This document shows, in pieces, positions 1 through 9,603 of a stretch of 59,181 bases of DNA (the stretch's first letter is position 1; each line of letters begins with the position of its first letter). This DNA comes from a virus. Taxonomy: Duplodnaviria; Caudoviricetes. Under the pieces are notes generated by a model. The model had not been told where the DNA came from. It searched no databases and worked only from the letters and a program-made list of their open reading frames with translations. The stretch is from the IMG/VR virus record IMGVR_UViG_3300032116_000218, positions 1 to 59,181 of that record; one strand, 5' to 3'. A program made the translations under genes and the position numbers.

Positions 1-2759
1 GCCGCTATTGTCTTCCACTCTGGGAGGCCACCAGCAGACACAGCAAGCACTTCGTTGGCAGTACCTATTGGAAGCGTTGTTGGAGCAGCAACTCCTCCCG
101 TAACAGTTCCTCCGTATATAATATCCCCCACTGCGGTCATTGGGTTCAATGTCACCGTACCGCTTGCGTCAGGGAGCGTATAAGTTTTTGTTGATGTCGT
201 GGCTTTAAAAAGGAACTCTGACTGGTATCCATCATTATCCCAAATCACAGACATCCTTCTATCTCCGCCCGATTCCTGAAAGAACAATGTGGCATAATTG
301 TTTATACCAACAGCACCTGAGGACTTGCGGAAGTGAGCGTGTCCATTAGTCCCCCCGTCTCCTATTACGGGAGTGAGTAAAGTTTTGTTAGACAGGGTTT
401 CCGTTAATGCAAGCGTGGCAAGGGTGGCCGTTAATGGAGGAAGCGTTAATGTCGTTGTTGCTGTTGCTGTCAGCGTGGTGCTGAACGCTCCTGATGTGGC
501 AAGCGTAGAACCATCGGCAAGTGTAAGCGTAGCACTTGTCGCAGGAGCTGTTATTGCCACCTTATTGATTGAAGTGGCTAATGCCGCTCCTAATGTAGGC
601 GTAACAAGCGTAGGACTTGTAGCAAGTACAACATCCCCGCTTCCTGTACTTCCAATCCATGAAGGAGCAACAGCCGCACTTGCCGTTACATTTGCCCGAA
701 GGAAATATATGCCGTTAGTTGTTTGCGGGGCAAGACCAATTACTGTCGTGCCAGTTGGGCTTACTGAGTAATACGGAATGCTATACTGACTGGCCGATGT
801 AACGGTTCCGCCTCCGCCACCACCTCCTGCCGGGATGGACCAGCCGCCTGTCGCATTTAAGAAGTATGTAGCCCCAACACCATTGCTACCAACTACTAAC
901 CCCTTGTCAGTGTTTGCTGTTGAAAAAGTAGGAAGTATAGTGGCGGCTTGAGTGCCGGTCATTGCCAAAACACCTAGCCCAGCACCGGAGTTTTGGTTAC
1001 CCAAAATTGTCGGCCCGGTAACTGTAGCCATTTTGCCCAGCGTTACAGCATTGTTGGCAATAGTGATTGCGCCAGATGTTGCAATTGTTGCATCACCCGA
1101 CATAGCCACCCATTTGTTTCCTGTTGCAGTTGTTGCATCGGCCATAAACAAAGTGGCGTTTGCCCCAATTCCAAGGCGGGTTTGTGCTGCCCCCGTATAG
1201 GTTAATAAATCGCCCTTGGTTGTTAAAATGGGAGAATTAGGTGTTACAAGACCTATCTCCCCATTCCCGCTATTAATGGTAAAATCAGAAGCATTTAGAG
1301 TGAGTTGCTGTATTACTCCATCAGTTAAAGCAAAACGACCAAGCAGGGTTTGAGCGGTAACATTCTGTATTTTAGCATAGGTTACCGCTTCGTTTGCTAT
1401 CGTAAACTCCGCTTCGTTGGTTCCGTTGTTGTCTACATAGAGAGCGGTAAGGTCGCCTGTTACAATTGCATTTACCGGAACATTACTTCCTGTATTGCCT
1501 ATAAAAAGCATATTATTAGCCAAAGCATTTGGTAAATATCCGCCTAATACATTAGACAGATTTGTTACTTGACTAATAGCTATATCTGGGATGTCCGCAG
1601 AAGTAAGCGCACGAAAAGTAGGTACACCTCCAGCAGATGCTGGTGTAGCAAATACAAGATTAGGGGTTGCATTTGAGGCCCATGCAAAGCTTAGATTGCC
1701 AGCAGTTGTAACCGCGCTCCCGGCTGAAAACTGTACCGGAGGGCTGATACCAACGCTTGTCACAGTGCCTGTTCCAACAACAGACCCTGAAGCAATTCCT
1801 GTAACCCGGCCATATGCATCTACAGTTACCGTAGACAAAGAATATGTTCCGGGCGTTACAGAGCCAACAACCGGGAGGTCTGTTGCGGCCAAAGCCCTAA
1901 ACGAAGGAGTTCCATTGCTACCACTTGGAGCGGCAAACACCCTGCCCTGAGTTTGGCTAATAAAGCTTAAGCTTAATGCGGCAGTTGTTGTATACGGCCC
2001 CACCGCAGCAGAGAATACGCTTGTTGGCAACGTAAGGCTCACACTCGTAACCGTGCCAGCAGATGCGCTTACGGCATTGATGTTTGCGTTTAGCTTTTCA
2101 AGCGCACTTAGTATTGTGCTGCTTGATGTAATAGACCCGGCAGCGGCACTCGGATTAAATCCCGTAAGAACCTTGGACAGGATGGTTGTGGATGTAATGG
2201 TTGGGTTGGGGTAGGTTCCTGTAAGATCGCCACCCGCAGCCCCGGTAACAGAAGTGAGGTATGTATTGGTGTCAACACTTACCGCTGTTCCATTCACCTT
2301 TATAAAGCCGACCCCGTTTGGAAGCAGATTCTGTTTCGCATCCAAAGCCGCTTGCAATAGTGCGTTGTCGCTTGGTAAGCCCTGCAACAAAGCAAACGAA
2401 ACACCGCTGCTGTCTGCCTTGCTGTCCCAATATGATATTTGCCCAGAGGTTACATGGAGATATGTTGTTCCATCGTTCAGCCCATCAAGGTCATTGTGAA
2501 ACCCTGTATACGCAACCGTTGGACTGTACGATATCGACCTGAGCATTATTGGCCCAGCAGCCTCACGCAGCAAATCAGCCGCGTTAATAAGAGCGGTGAG
2601 TGCAAATAGTCTTATGTCATTGCTAAGAGTTGTGTCTTCAGCCGTGGCAAGCAAGGATGAATACAGATTCACCTTTTCAAAATCACAGCACAACGATGCC
2701 TCTATGATTGCATCGGCTGCACGACCACTGTAGACGGGAAGATTATCTAAAAATGACAT
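1..2759 (-). CDS. Tail fibre/long structural protein, partial (runs off left edge)
   Basis: Not in ORF track; manual translation from ATG at 2759 (MSFLDNLPVY...) stays open to the edge (...PEWKTIA). Rich in G/T/A/S, with fibre-like repeats (GTVTSV, P[ST]FRAL..D[LI]P, TIAN.AVT..K, T.GD[LI][LI]). Confidence 0.8.
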   Translation of the reverse strand, partial: MSFLDNLPVYSGRAADAIIEASLCCDFEKVNLYSSLLATAEDTTLSNDIRLFALTALINAADLLREAAGPIMLRSISYSPTVAYTGFHNDLDGLNDGTTYLHVTSGQISYWDSKADSSGVSFALLQGLPSDNALLQAALDAKQNLLPNGVGFIKVNGTAVSVDTNTYLTSVTGAAGGDLTGTYPNPTITSTTILSKVLTGFNPSAAAGSITSSSTILSALEKLNANINAVSASAGTVTSVSLTLPTSVFSAAVGPYTTTAALSLSFISQTQGRVFAAPSGSNGTPSFRALAATDLPVVGSVTPGTYSLSTVTVDAYGRVTGIASGSVVGTGTVTSVGISPPVQFSAGSAVTTAGNLSFAWASNATPNLVFATPASAGGVPTFRALTSADIPDIAISQVTNLSNVLGGYLPNALANNMLFIGNTGSNVPVNAIVTGDLTALYVDNNGTNEAEFTIANEAVTYAKIQNVTAQTLLGRFALTDGVIQQLTLNASDFTINSGNGEIGLVTPNSPILTTKGDLLTYTGAAQTRLGIGANATLFMADATTATGNKWVAMSGDATIATSGAITIANNAVTLGKMATVTGPTILGNQNSGAGLGVLAMTGTQAATILPTFSTANTDKGLVVGSNGVGATYFLNATGGWSIPAGGGGGGGTVTSASQYSIPYYSVSPTGTTVIGLAPQTTNGIYFLRANVTASAAVAPSWIGSTGSGDVVLATSPTLVTPTLGAALATSINKVAITAPATSATLTLADGSTLATSGAFSTTLTATATTTLTLPPLTATLATLALTETLSNKTLLTPVIGDGGTNGHAHFRKSSGAVGINNYATLFFQESGGDRRMSVIWDNDGYQSEFLFKATTSTKTYTLPDASGTVTLNPMTAVGDIIYGGTVTGGVAAPTTLPIGTANEVLAVSAGGLPEWKTIA

Positions 2760-2761
2760 AG

Positions 2762-3655
2762 TTAACAGGAATATTGTGAATAGCACCCGCAGCAGCCGCA
2801 ATTGCTTCCACTACAGAATGCCGTTAACTTTTTATACAAAGCATCAGATACTGCTTGGTTTTGAACTTGATTGGCATAAAACAACGCAACGTAGTCGGCA
2901 TAGAAAGCCAAGTATGAAGTGTCGCAATTGCCGCACATAACACTTTCTAAAAACGCCCATCTGTAGTTAATAAGACAAACATCAAGAACTGGGTCAATGG
3001 TCATCCATTGAGATGTCGCAAACCAGTTGTCCTGACTATTGGCATAATCAAACAAATTGGGTTGTTGCCAATTTGCATAGTCTTCGGCATCTGGCGCACC
3101 AATCATTACCAAATCGTATACACCGCTTTCCGGGATGGTAAGAGAATATACATACACAGGATCAGATTGTTCTGCTTGAGAAGTAGGAAACTGGAAATCT
3201 GTTGATGTAGTAGATGTTATAATGCGATAGATAGTCCAAAGTCTTAGGTCGCTTCTGCGAGGACGATTTGGATCATACGGGTCTCCCGCTGGCGTATAGC
3301 CATAAGGATTTGTTGTTGCGTTATATTCTCCCGTAATGTCTGCTATATCTATTGATGTGTAGTCCGTGTTAAGGACAAAATCTCCAATTTGAAGGCGTAG
3401 CAGTTTAGCAGGAGGCGGCTGGACGGTGGTTGTAAAAGCATTGCTTATGCCGCCAGTTACCGGGTATACAGCATTTTGAGTTGTTGCAGCAAATACCACA
3501 GCAATTCCTGCCGAGTTAAAGTATACTTGACCACCAGTTATTGCAGTGAAAGCACTATAAGTGCCTCCACATACAAATAATGTTTGTCTCCCGGTTGTCG
3601 AAATAAAGGCGTTGCTTATTCCTCCGGTTCGTGTAAATGCGGAATACCAAGCCAT
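2762..3655 (-). CDS. Putative virion/tail protein with Cys-rich C-terminus
   Basis: 297 aa in the structural operon; internal repeat TGGISNAF; ends CSGSNCGCCGC. Confidence 0.6.
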   Translation of the reverse strand: MAWYSAFTRTGGISNAFISTTGRQTLFVCGGTYSAFTAITGGQVYFNSAGIAVVFAATTQNAVYPVTGGISNAFTTTVQPPPAKLLRLQIGDFVLNTDYTSIDIADITGEYNATTNPYGYTPAGDPYDPNRPRRSDLRLWTIYRIITSTTSTDFQFPTSQAEQSDPVYVYSLTIPESGVYDLVMIGAPDAEDYANWQQPNLFDYANSQDNWFATSQWMTIDPVLDVCLINYRWAFLESVMCGNCDTSYLAFYADYVALFYANQVQNQAVSDALYKKLTAFCSGSNCGCCGCYSQYSC

Positions 3656-3662
3656 GTTTTAC

Positions 3663-4475
3663 TTAAAATGAATATCCAGCTGCAACCAAAGACGCTTGCG
3701 GAAAGTTTGCTGTAATAGTGATGCCCTCAAGCAATTCCTGAGTTGACCACTTATACATTGTTTGGCTACTTAAAGCAGAGGAAGAATTGCTAACGGGAGT
3801 AAGTCTTGCCCAGATGTATTGAGGAAACGCATCTGCGCTGCTCCAATATGTATTGTTTGCCGATGTTATAGGCACAAACACGTTCATTACCTGAATCGTA
3901 AAACTTACGTTTTGTGGAGCCGGAGTAAATATCTGAAGCGGGCTACCAATTGTGCTATACTGTTCCAGCTTGCTTACAGAAGTTATGTTGTATCCATTTG
4001 ACTGTCTCCAGAAAGCAAAGTTTGGAATCTGCGTGGCAGTGCTTGATGCAGCAACTGTTGGTATACGGATGTATACAGACTCGCTTGCCGTAATCAGGTA
4101 GTTGCTTCCGCCAAGCAATGGGTTCCCAACCGGTGTTGAAGACGCAATCCCCGTAAGGAGCATTTTGCTTGATTCATATCCAACAACAAATGATGCTACT
4201 TGTCCAAGAAGGATTGGTGTTCCAGTGTTGTCAATCCAATACACATAATCACTAATATTAAAATCAGTGTTAAATGCTGGACTGTTTGTTCCGGTTATTT
4301 CGGTTTGAGTGCCAACCGTTGTCATAGACCCAAACGTACCATCGGCAATTGTTGGGGCTTCAATTGCATCAGTAATGGCCTGATTATTATTGTAACCATC
4401 AGGCGATGTTGCAATCTGGGTGTTGTTAGCGTTTACCCTTGCGTAAATTATGCCCGAAGCATCGTATGTTGCCAT
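3663..4475 (-). CDS. Putative structural protein, paralogue A
   Basis: 270 aa; aligns by eye along its length with the 4508-5344 product. Confidence 0.65.
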   Translation of the reverse strand: MATYDASGIIYARVNANNTQIATSPDGYNNNQAITDAIEAPTIADGTFGSMTTVGTQTEITGTNSPAFNTDFNISDYVYWIDNTGTPILLGQVASFVVGYESSKMLLTGIASSTPVGNPLLGGSNYLITASESVYIRIPTVAASSTATQIPNFAFWRQSNGYNITSVSKLEQYSTIGSPLQIFTPAPQNVSFTIQVMNVFVPITSANNTYWSSADAFPQYIWARLTPVSNSSSALSSQTMYKWSTQELLEGITITANFPQASLVAAGYSF

Positions 4476-4507
4476 GTTTTTAAAATTTATTTTTTAAAAA
4501 GTCTTTT

Positions 4508-5344
4508 TTATTCAGTTGGCGGAGGCGGTGGAGTAGCATCATCTGCAATAGAATAACCAGCAGCAGCCAATGTTGATGCAGAAAAGTTTGTTGTAACTAA
4601 AAGACCCGGTATCTGCTCGGTTGTAAATAGCTTGTACATTGTTGATCCGCTTAGGTTTTGCTGAGAACTGACTCCAAATGGATTGTACACAGCAAAAATA
4701 AAGTTTGGAAGTTCTCTCAGTTCTCGCCAGCAAAATTTAAAGTTGCCGCTTGTATAGACAGTAAACCTATTAGACGGCTGAATCAGAAACGGAATGTTTG
4801 TGCCACTATCTATTATTACCGGCACTCCCGTTGCACTGTATTGCGTAAGAGAGGTGTATGTTGCTGGGTCGTTGTATTGGTTGGCATCAAACGGCCTAAC
4901 CCTCATAGCAGACCAATTTGGAATCCATGAGTCTTTTTCATTCAATGGAATTCTTGGAACCCTAATAAGGATGTTTTCGTTAGTGGTCAACAATGTTTTC
5001 ATCACTCCATACGGTGTACTATCAGCATCGCTTGACGCGTCCTCTGTTAAGGTAATCTGAAATTGGCTGTCAATACTTAAAATCCTACCAACTAAAACCG
5101 GAACCGCTGATGCGCCATATGCAAAAATATATTCGCCAACATTGCAATCTGTTTCAAAATCAGTATCAACTCCAGTGACAACAGCAGATGAAACAGAAGC
5201 CGTGATTTTACCCGTCTCCAAAGTCGGCGGATTAATTCTATCAGTAATATCTTCATCTATACCGCCCAACGGACTTTTTGCAACAGCAAGGTTCGCTGGA
5301 GTTGCTTTTGCATAAATAATGCCTGAAGCTGCGTATGTTGCCAT
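4508..5344 (-). CDS. Putative structural protein, paralogue B
   Basis: 278 aa; MATY.ASGIIYA start and NF...L.AAGYS end shared with 3663-4475. Confidence 0.65.
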   Translation of the reverse strand: MATYAASGIIYAKATPANLAVAKSPLGGIDEDITDRINPPTLETGKITASVSSAVVTGVDTDFETDCNVGEYIFAYGASAVPVLVGRILSIDSQFQITLTEDASSDADSTPYGVMKTLLTTNENILIRVPRIPLNEKDSWIPNWSAMRVRPFDANQYNDPATYTSLTQYSATGVPVIIDSGTNIPFLIQPSNRFTVYTSGNFKFCWRELRELPNFIFAVYNPFGVSSQQNLSGSTMYKLFTTEQIPGLLVTTNFSASTLAAAGYSIADDATPPPPPTE

Positions 5345-5406
5345 GTTATTTTGTTTGGAATGTTAACGAAAAGCTTTTTGCAAATCTACAAAATCTGCTA
5401 TACATT

Positions 5407-5604
5407 TTAGTAATTTTGATGCGTATAGGTTAATAATTGATTTGCCGTTAGTGTGTCATTTACAGCAGCACTTAGCCTGTATAAAACTTCTTGATAAAAA
5501 GCTAACAGAGTTTGTGTTCTTATACTATTGGTAGCGCATCCATTTTGGATGTCGTGAGCCTGACTGTTCAGGTATTTTTCGTATAAAGATTGTACAGTGT
5601 CCAT
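5407..5604 (-). CDS. Hypothetical protein
   Basis: 65 aa ORF, TAATG-coupled to the upstream gene. Confidence 0.55.
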   Translation of the reverse strand: MDTVQSLYEKYLNSQAHDIQNGCATNSIRTQTLLAFYQEVLYRLSAAVNDTLTANQLLTYTHQNY

Positions 5605-5999
5605 TATAAAGCAGATAGGTTAAGTTCTTTTGAAATGGCTTCCCTGCATAGTTCTTGGTAGTTTTCTGGAAGATCATTGATCTTAGAATCTATTTCTTCC
5701 TTATCCCAAAACGGGGCCAAAAAGGGATATTGGAATTCAATGTTGTCATCACCTCCAATTAATTCTTTTGCTTTCTCCTCGTTAATCTTGTCGCTTGTAA
5801 CAATTACATCAAGATACAGCTTTTCATCAAGACCGTTTCTGACCAAATATTCATACGCATTTTCGTTGCAAAAGCATATTACCGGGCCTTTTTCATTGTC
5901 CCACTTGTAGGCCGAAACAATTTGCTTGGCGATTTTTTTGCCAGCAATTGCTCCAATTTCTGGCTGTATAATGATATGACAAAGTAATCTCTCTTCCAT
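5604..5999 (-). CDS. Hypothetical protein
   Basis: Likely start at ATG 5999 (MEERLL), downstream of a -7 promoter motif at 6030-6037. Confidence 0.55.
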   Translation of the reverse strand: MEERLLCHIIIQPEIGAIAGKKIAKQIVSAYKWDNEKGPVICFCNENAYEYLVRNGLDEKLYLDVIVTSDKINEEKAKELIGGDDNIEFQYPFLAPFWDKEEIDSKINDLPENYQELCREAISKELNLSAL

Positions 6000-6054
6000 A
6001 AACAAAAAAGCCCCACACAAGGTGCAGGGCAAATTTACATTTTAATTATAATAT

Positions 6055-7020
6055 CTACTCAGAGATATTTTCCAGTTTCCCGGCACGGCGACCACCTGAT
6101 GGAGATTTCTTCTCATCGTCAATCAACCACTGGCTAATGTCGTTCTTCCAGTTTGGATTGGTTTTGTATAGATCAAAAATCTGCAATGCTTTATTAGTGT
6201 TGCTCCCGGCCAGCGGTTCTGTGAACGAACCAAGCGTGAAGTTGTCGCTTCGCTTGAGATTGAAGTCACTGCAAATCAGTTTCCCGGTGTTCAACGCTTT
6301 TTCAATCAGTTCAATTTCGTATGTCTCAGCAAGACGCTGTAGCAAGGTGTTTACATAAGAAAAACCCGCATCATTGCTCAAAAGGTTAGCAACATACCCA
6401 CGCATTGATTTTGCCGTAGCGTGTGTCGGCTTATTAAGCAATGCCCGGTTGTATAAGGTTGGCAAAGCAAGACGCTTCAGTTGATCGTCCGTAAGAGCCA
6501 GCACCTTGCTTTGAATGTTGTTTCTCCATTCAATTTTGGCAATGCTGTTGTCGGCATTCTCTTCAGGATTTTCAATTAAAAACTTCCAAGGCTTGTTCGG
6601 AGCGTTTTCACGTTTTACTTCCGGGTGAACTTGAATAGCGTAAAAATCTTCCACATCAGAAGGATTGCTTCCGTCAAAAACCATTTCTCCGCCAATGAAA
6701 AAACGGTCACGCCAAATTGGAGTGTTGTCTACAGTGTTGTACCCTTGAAGAAAACCGGCTTGTATAATTCCATTGCCGGTGTTTACGCTCCACGGAGATG
6801 GAAGCCATCTTGTTGCAGTTCGCTCTGTGACAACATTCACTCTTCCTGCAATAGGAGTAGATGCGTCCATTGATGGGAACTGAGTTTCTTTTACGCTTCC
6901 CCATAAAGACGGGTTAAGCTTAAGTCTTACAATTTCATCAGGGCCAAGCGTTCTTAACTTTGCCTTGAATTCAGCGGGGAAGTTATTGTATTCCCGAACA
7001 AGTACTTGAGTGCCTATCAT
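6055..7020 (-). CDS. Hypothetical protein downstream of capsid gene
   Basis: 321 aa ORF with its own promoter-like motif. Confidence 0.65.
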   Translation of the reverse strand: MIGTQVLVREYNNFPAEFKAKLRTLGPDEIVRLKLNPSLWGSVKETQFPSMDASTPIAGRVNVVTERTATRWLPSPWSVNTGNGIIQAGFLQGYNTVDNTPIWRDRFFIGGEMVFDGSNPSDVEDFYAIQVHPEVKRENAPNKPWKFLIENPEENADNSIAKIEWRNNIQSKVLALTDDQLKRLALPTLYNRALLNKPTHATAKSMRGYVANLLSNDAGFSYVNTLLQRLAETYEIELIEKALNTGKLICSDFNLKRSDNFTLGSFTEPLAGSNTNKALQIFDLYKTNPNWKNDISQWLIDDEKKSPSGGRRAGKLENISE

Positions 7021-7045
7021 ATATTTATTAATTGCTTACAAAAAT

Positions 7046-7077
7046 AAAAGGGAGCAACAAATATGCCACTCCCTTTC
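7046..7077 (-). terminator. Intrinsic terminator after major capsid gene
   Basis: AAAGGGAG...CTCCCTTT hairpin followed by a U-rich run on the minus strand. Confidence 0.6.
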
Positions 7078-7098
7078 TGTGAAAAACCTAAGCTATTT

Positions 7099-8550
7099 TT
7101 AGCTGATTGAGGTAGTACCTCCAAAGAAACACTTGAAAGCAAGCATCACTTGAACTGCAAAGTCCTGACGCATTGTCACCTGATAGTTTTCTTTGCTTAA
7201 CTCAGCACCGGCCTGATTGTATACACGCTTCATTACTTTTGGACCTCCTACAGTTACAGGAGCCTCAAGTTGAAGAACGCGGAACATTGGAGCCTCAACT
7301 GATTGAGTGCGGCTGTTAAGGCCATTCTGAACTCTTACTTTGGTGTTTGGAACAACCATAAAGCAGTTAGCGTAGTAGTTGTTCTGAAGTTGCGAGGTAG
7401 AAGCACCAGAGTTGGAGAAAATACGAGGGTGGTTCAACTCGTTAATTTTCTTCATTGTATAAGTGGCCTCACTACTAGCAAACTCAGCAAAACCTACGCC
7501 AAGACGGGCTTTCTCGTCAGCTTGCTGGAAGTAACGAATTCCATAAGCAAATTTGCTTGAGAAATTGTTCTGGATAGTATCAAATACTTTAGCACCCATC
7601 CAAAGGTCACGATCAGTACCAGCACCACGGTTACGCAGTTGGTCGTTGATAGTGATGAAATCATTCCACTGAAGTGCGCCCGGAGCGTAATCAGCAGTAA
7701 GACCAAATGTTTGAATGGTCTTGAAGATACCCATAGTTGTTTGGGCGGCAGTTCCGTCTGAAGCAAACAATGATTCCCCAGTACCGGTGAGAACCTGAGC
7801 CATTTTCTTTAAGTCATCCTGAACATATGCATCAAGCAAAACGCGTGGAGCGATGATGTTTTGACCATTAGCCAGCGTAAACTCAAAAGTTTGGTTGTAC
7901 GCGTTGGTAGGAAGCGGACCGGCAACAGTTTCCATTGTCTGGAACTCTACACCAAAACGGCTCCAGCCACGCATTGAGCCAGTACCAAAGGTTTGGTTTG
8001 GACCAACCACGTTACCAAGAGGACGAAGAATATCTCCAGCAGTAATGTAATTGGCTGCAACAAGACCGGTCTTTAATCTTACAGTAATAGTGTGAGAAGA
8101 AGCACTTGGACTTGTTGATGTAGCCGTTACTACTGCTTGAACTCCGGGGTCATTGGTAGAAAAAATCTGACCAACAGTTGCGTAGTTAAAGTATTTTGTA
8201 GTTGTTCCATCAGACAAAGTGGTTGGCGTAATGTCAAGCACAGCAATGTTTGTTGGAGAACCCGGAGTAACGCTAATAACTGAAACATTTGCTACAACAG
8301 AATCTTGTTCTGCATGGTACACGTTAACAGTGTCAGAGGCAACACCAAGGAGGCCACCACCAGCAATCAGGTCTTCAAGAAGGCCGTCTTTCAGGTAATT
8401 GGCATCAGGAATCTGCTCCATGATTTGCCGGTGAAACTTACGGGTAAGGGCTACGGTATCAGCGAAGATACTAAAGGTTTGATCGGCTGCGTTACTTCCC
8501 GGTGATACTGCACCAGAAAATTGCCCCGCGCCGGGAAAATTCTGAACCAT
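7099..8550 (-). CDS. Major capsid protein
   Basis: 483 aa; portal-scaffold-capsid order; motifs (T.GIF..I..FG, LGVGF..F) recall Bacteroidota podovirus capsids; own promoter and terminator. Confidence 0.8.
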   Translation of the reverse strand: MVQNFPGAGQFSGAVSPGSNAADQTFSIFADTVALTRKFHRQIMEQIPDANYLKDGLLEDLIAGGGLLGVASDTVNVYHAEQDSVVANVSVISVTPGSPTNIAVLDITPTTLSDGTTTKYFNYATVGQIFSTNDPGVQAVVTATSTSPSASSHTITVRLKTGLVAANYITAGDILRPLGNVVGPNQTFGTGSMRGWSRFGVEFQTMETVAGPLPTNAYNQTFEFTLANGQNIIAPRVLLDAYVQDDLKKMAQVLTGTGESLFASDGTAAQTTMGIFKTIQTFGLTADYAPGALQWNDFITINDQLRNRGAGTDRDLWMGAKVFDTIQNNFSSKFAYGIRYFQQADEKARLGVGFAEFASSEATYTMKKINELNHPRIFSNSGASTSQLQNNYYANCFMVVPNTKVRVQNGLNSRTQSVEAPMFRVLQLEAPVTVGGPKVMKRVYNQAGAELSKENYQVTMRQDFAVQVMLAFKCFFGGTTSIS

Positions 8551-8577
8551 TTTTTCTTGAGTAGTTTAAATGATGGA

Positions 8578-8585
8578 CAAATATA
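8578..8585 (-). promoter_or_regulatory. Bacteroidota -7 promoter element (capsid gene)
   Basis: TATATTTG matches TAnnTTTG, 28 nt upstream of the start codon. Confidence 0.6.
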
Positions 8586-8586
8586 A

Positions 8587-9591
8587 TTAAAGTTTTAATC
8601 CTGTAATGTTGTAGTCGCCAATATTTCGTGGCGAGATAACATCCCCCGTATACGGATTAGCTGGAGATTGGTTGAAGTCTGACTTGTTTGAAACATTTTT
8701 CTTTAGATTCTCTACAGTTTCGGCTACAACTTTTTCCTTAAATGCTTTGAGCATATCGGGCAAGTTTTTAGACAATTCTCTGTAATCGGCAATCTCTTTT
8801 AGAAGTCCGAGATGCGGATATACATTGTTGTCTGCTGCAACCATTAACGGCATTTCCTCTATTGTAAGAGTATTAACAAGTTCTTTAAGCTTGTCTTCCC
8901 CAACAGAAGGTATCTGAAAACCATCAAATTCCTTCGCAGTCGGCTTGATTCCTTTCAAGCTTGACTCTATGTGGTTAAAGAGACGCTGTTCATATTCGGC
9001 AATTGAACCGGGTTCCGGTCCATCATTTCCTTGAACACTCTCTTTCTGGACAGACTTGCCGCTTATAGTTTGTTGTATACTGGCCTGTTTCTCCATTTTA
9101 TCCAGACGCAGCTGTGAAACTTGCGCCTCCAAAATGGCAAGGTCATAATCATCCAACCCAAGGGTATCTTCAATCAACGGCTCAATTTCTGAATTGTAGG
9201 ACCGTTGTAAATATTTTCTAAAGGCAAGGTCTCTATCCAAGTTTGGATTTTTCTCAAAGAAACCTTCGTGCTTGTCGTCAAATTCTTCACGCAAAAGATC
9301 AAGAAGAGGCATCTGCTCGTAATCCTTTGCAAGGTTTTGCAGCACCTGACGGTCTTGAAGCAAATGTATTGCTTCGTTGTTTGGCTGTGCTACTTTTTGC
9401 TCAAGTTCTTGAATCTTGGCAAGCAGTTCGTTTATATCTGGTACAACTTCTGCTGGCGCGTCTTGTGATTCCTCTCCTTCGGCTGTTGTGTCAGTCGTGG
9501 CGGTTTCGTCAACCGGGGTTTCGTTTTCCGGTTCGTTTCCAAATCTAAACCCTGTAATAAGGTCAAAATTGTTATCCTGTTCCTGTGACAT
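8587..9591 (-). CDS. Putative capsid scaffolding protein
   Basis: 334 aa, acidic N-terminus, helical; lies between portal and capsid genes. Confidence 0.6.
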   Translation of the reverse strand: MSQEQDNNFDLITGFRFGNEPENETPVDETATTDTTAEGEESQDAPAEVVPDINELLAKIQELEQKVAQPNNEAIHLLQDRQVLQNLAKDYEQMPLLDLLREEFDDKHEGFFEKNPNLDRDLAFRKYLQRSYNSEIEPLIEDTLGLDDYDLAILEAQVSQLRLDKMEKQASIQQTISGKSVQKESVQGNDGPEPGSIAEYEQRLFNHIESSLKGIKPTAKEFDGFQIPSVGEDKLKELVNTLTIEEMPLMVAADNNVYPHLGLLKEIADYRELSKNLPDMLKAFKEKVVAETVENLKKNVSNKSDFNQSPANPYTGDVISPRNIGDYNITGLKL

Positions 9592-9603
9592 ATATTTATT
9601 TAT

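Noticed and set aside
373-2542. Plus-strand ORFs at the left end
   Set aside because: Antisense shadows of the long minus-strand tail-fibre ORF, which the track missed because it has no stop codon in the window.
1-5344. Diversity-generating retroelement acting on tail genes
   Set aside because: No reverse transcriptase and no near-identical template/variable repeat pair seen in the window.
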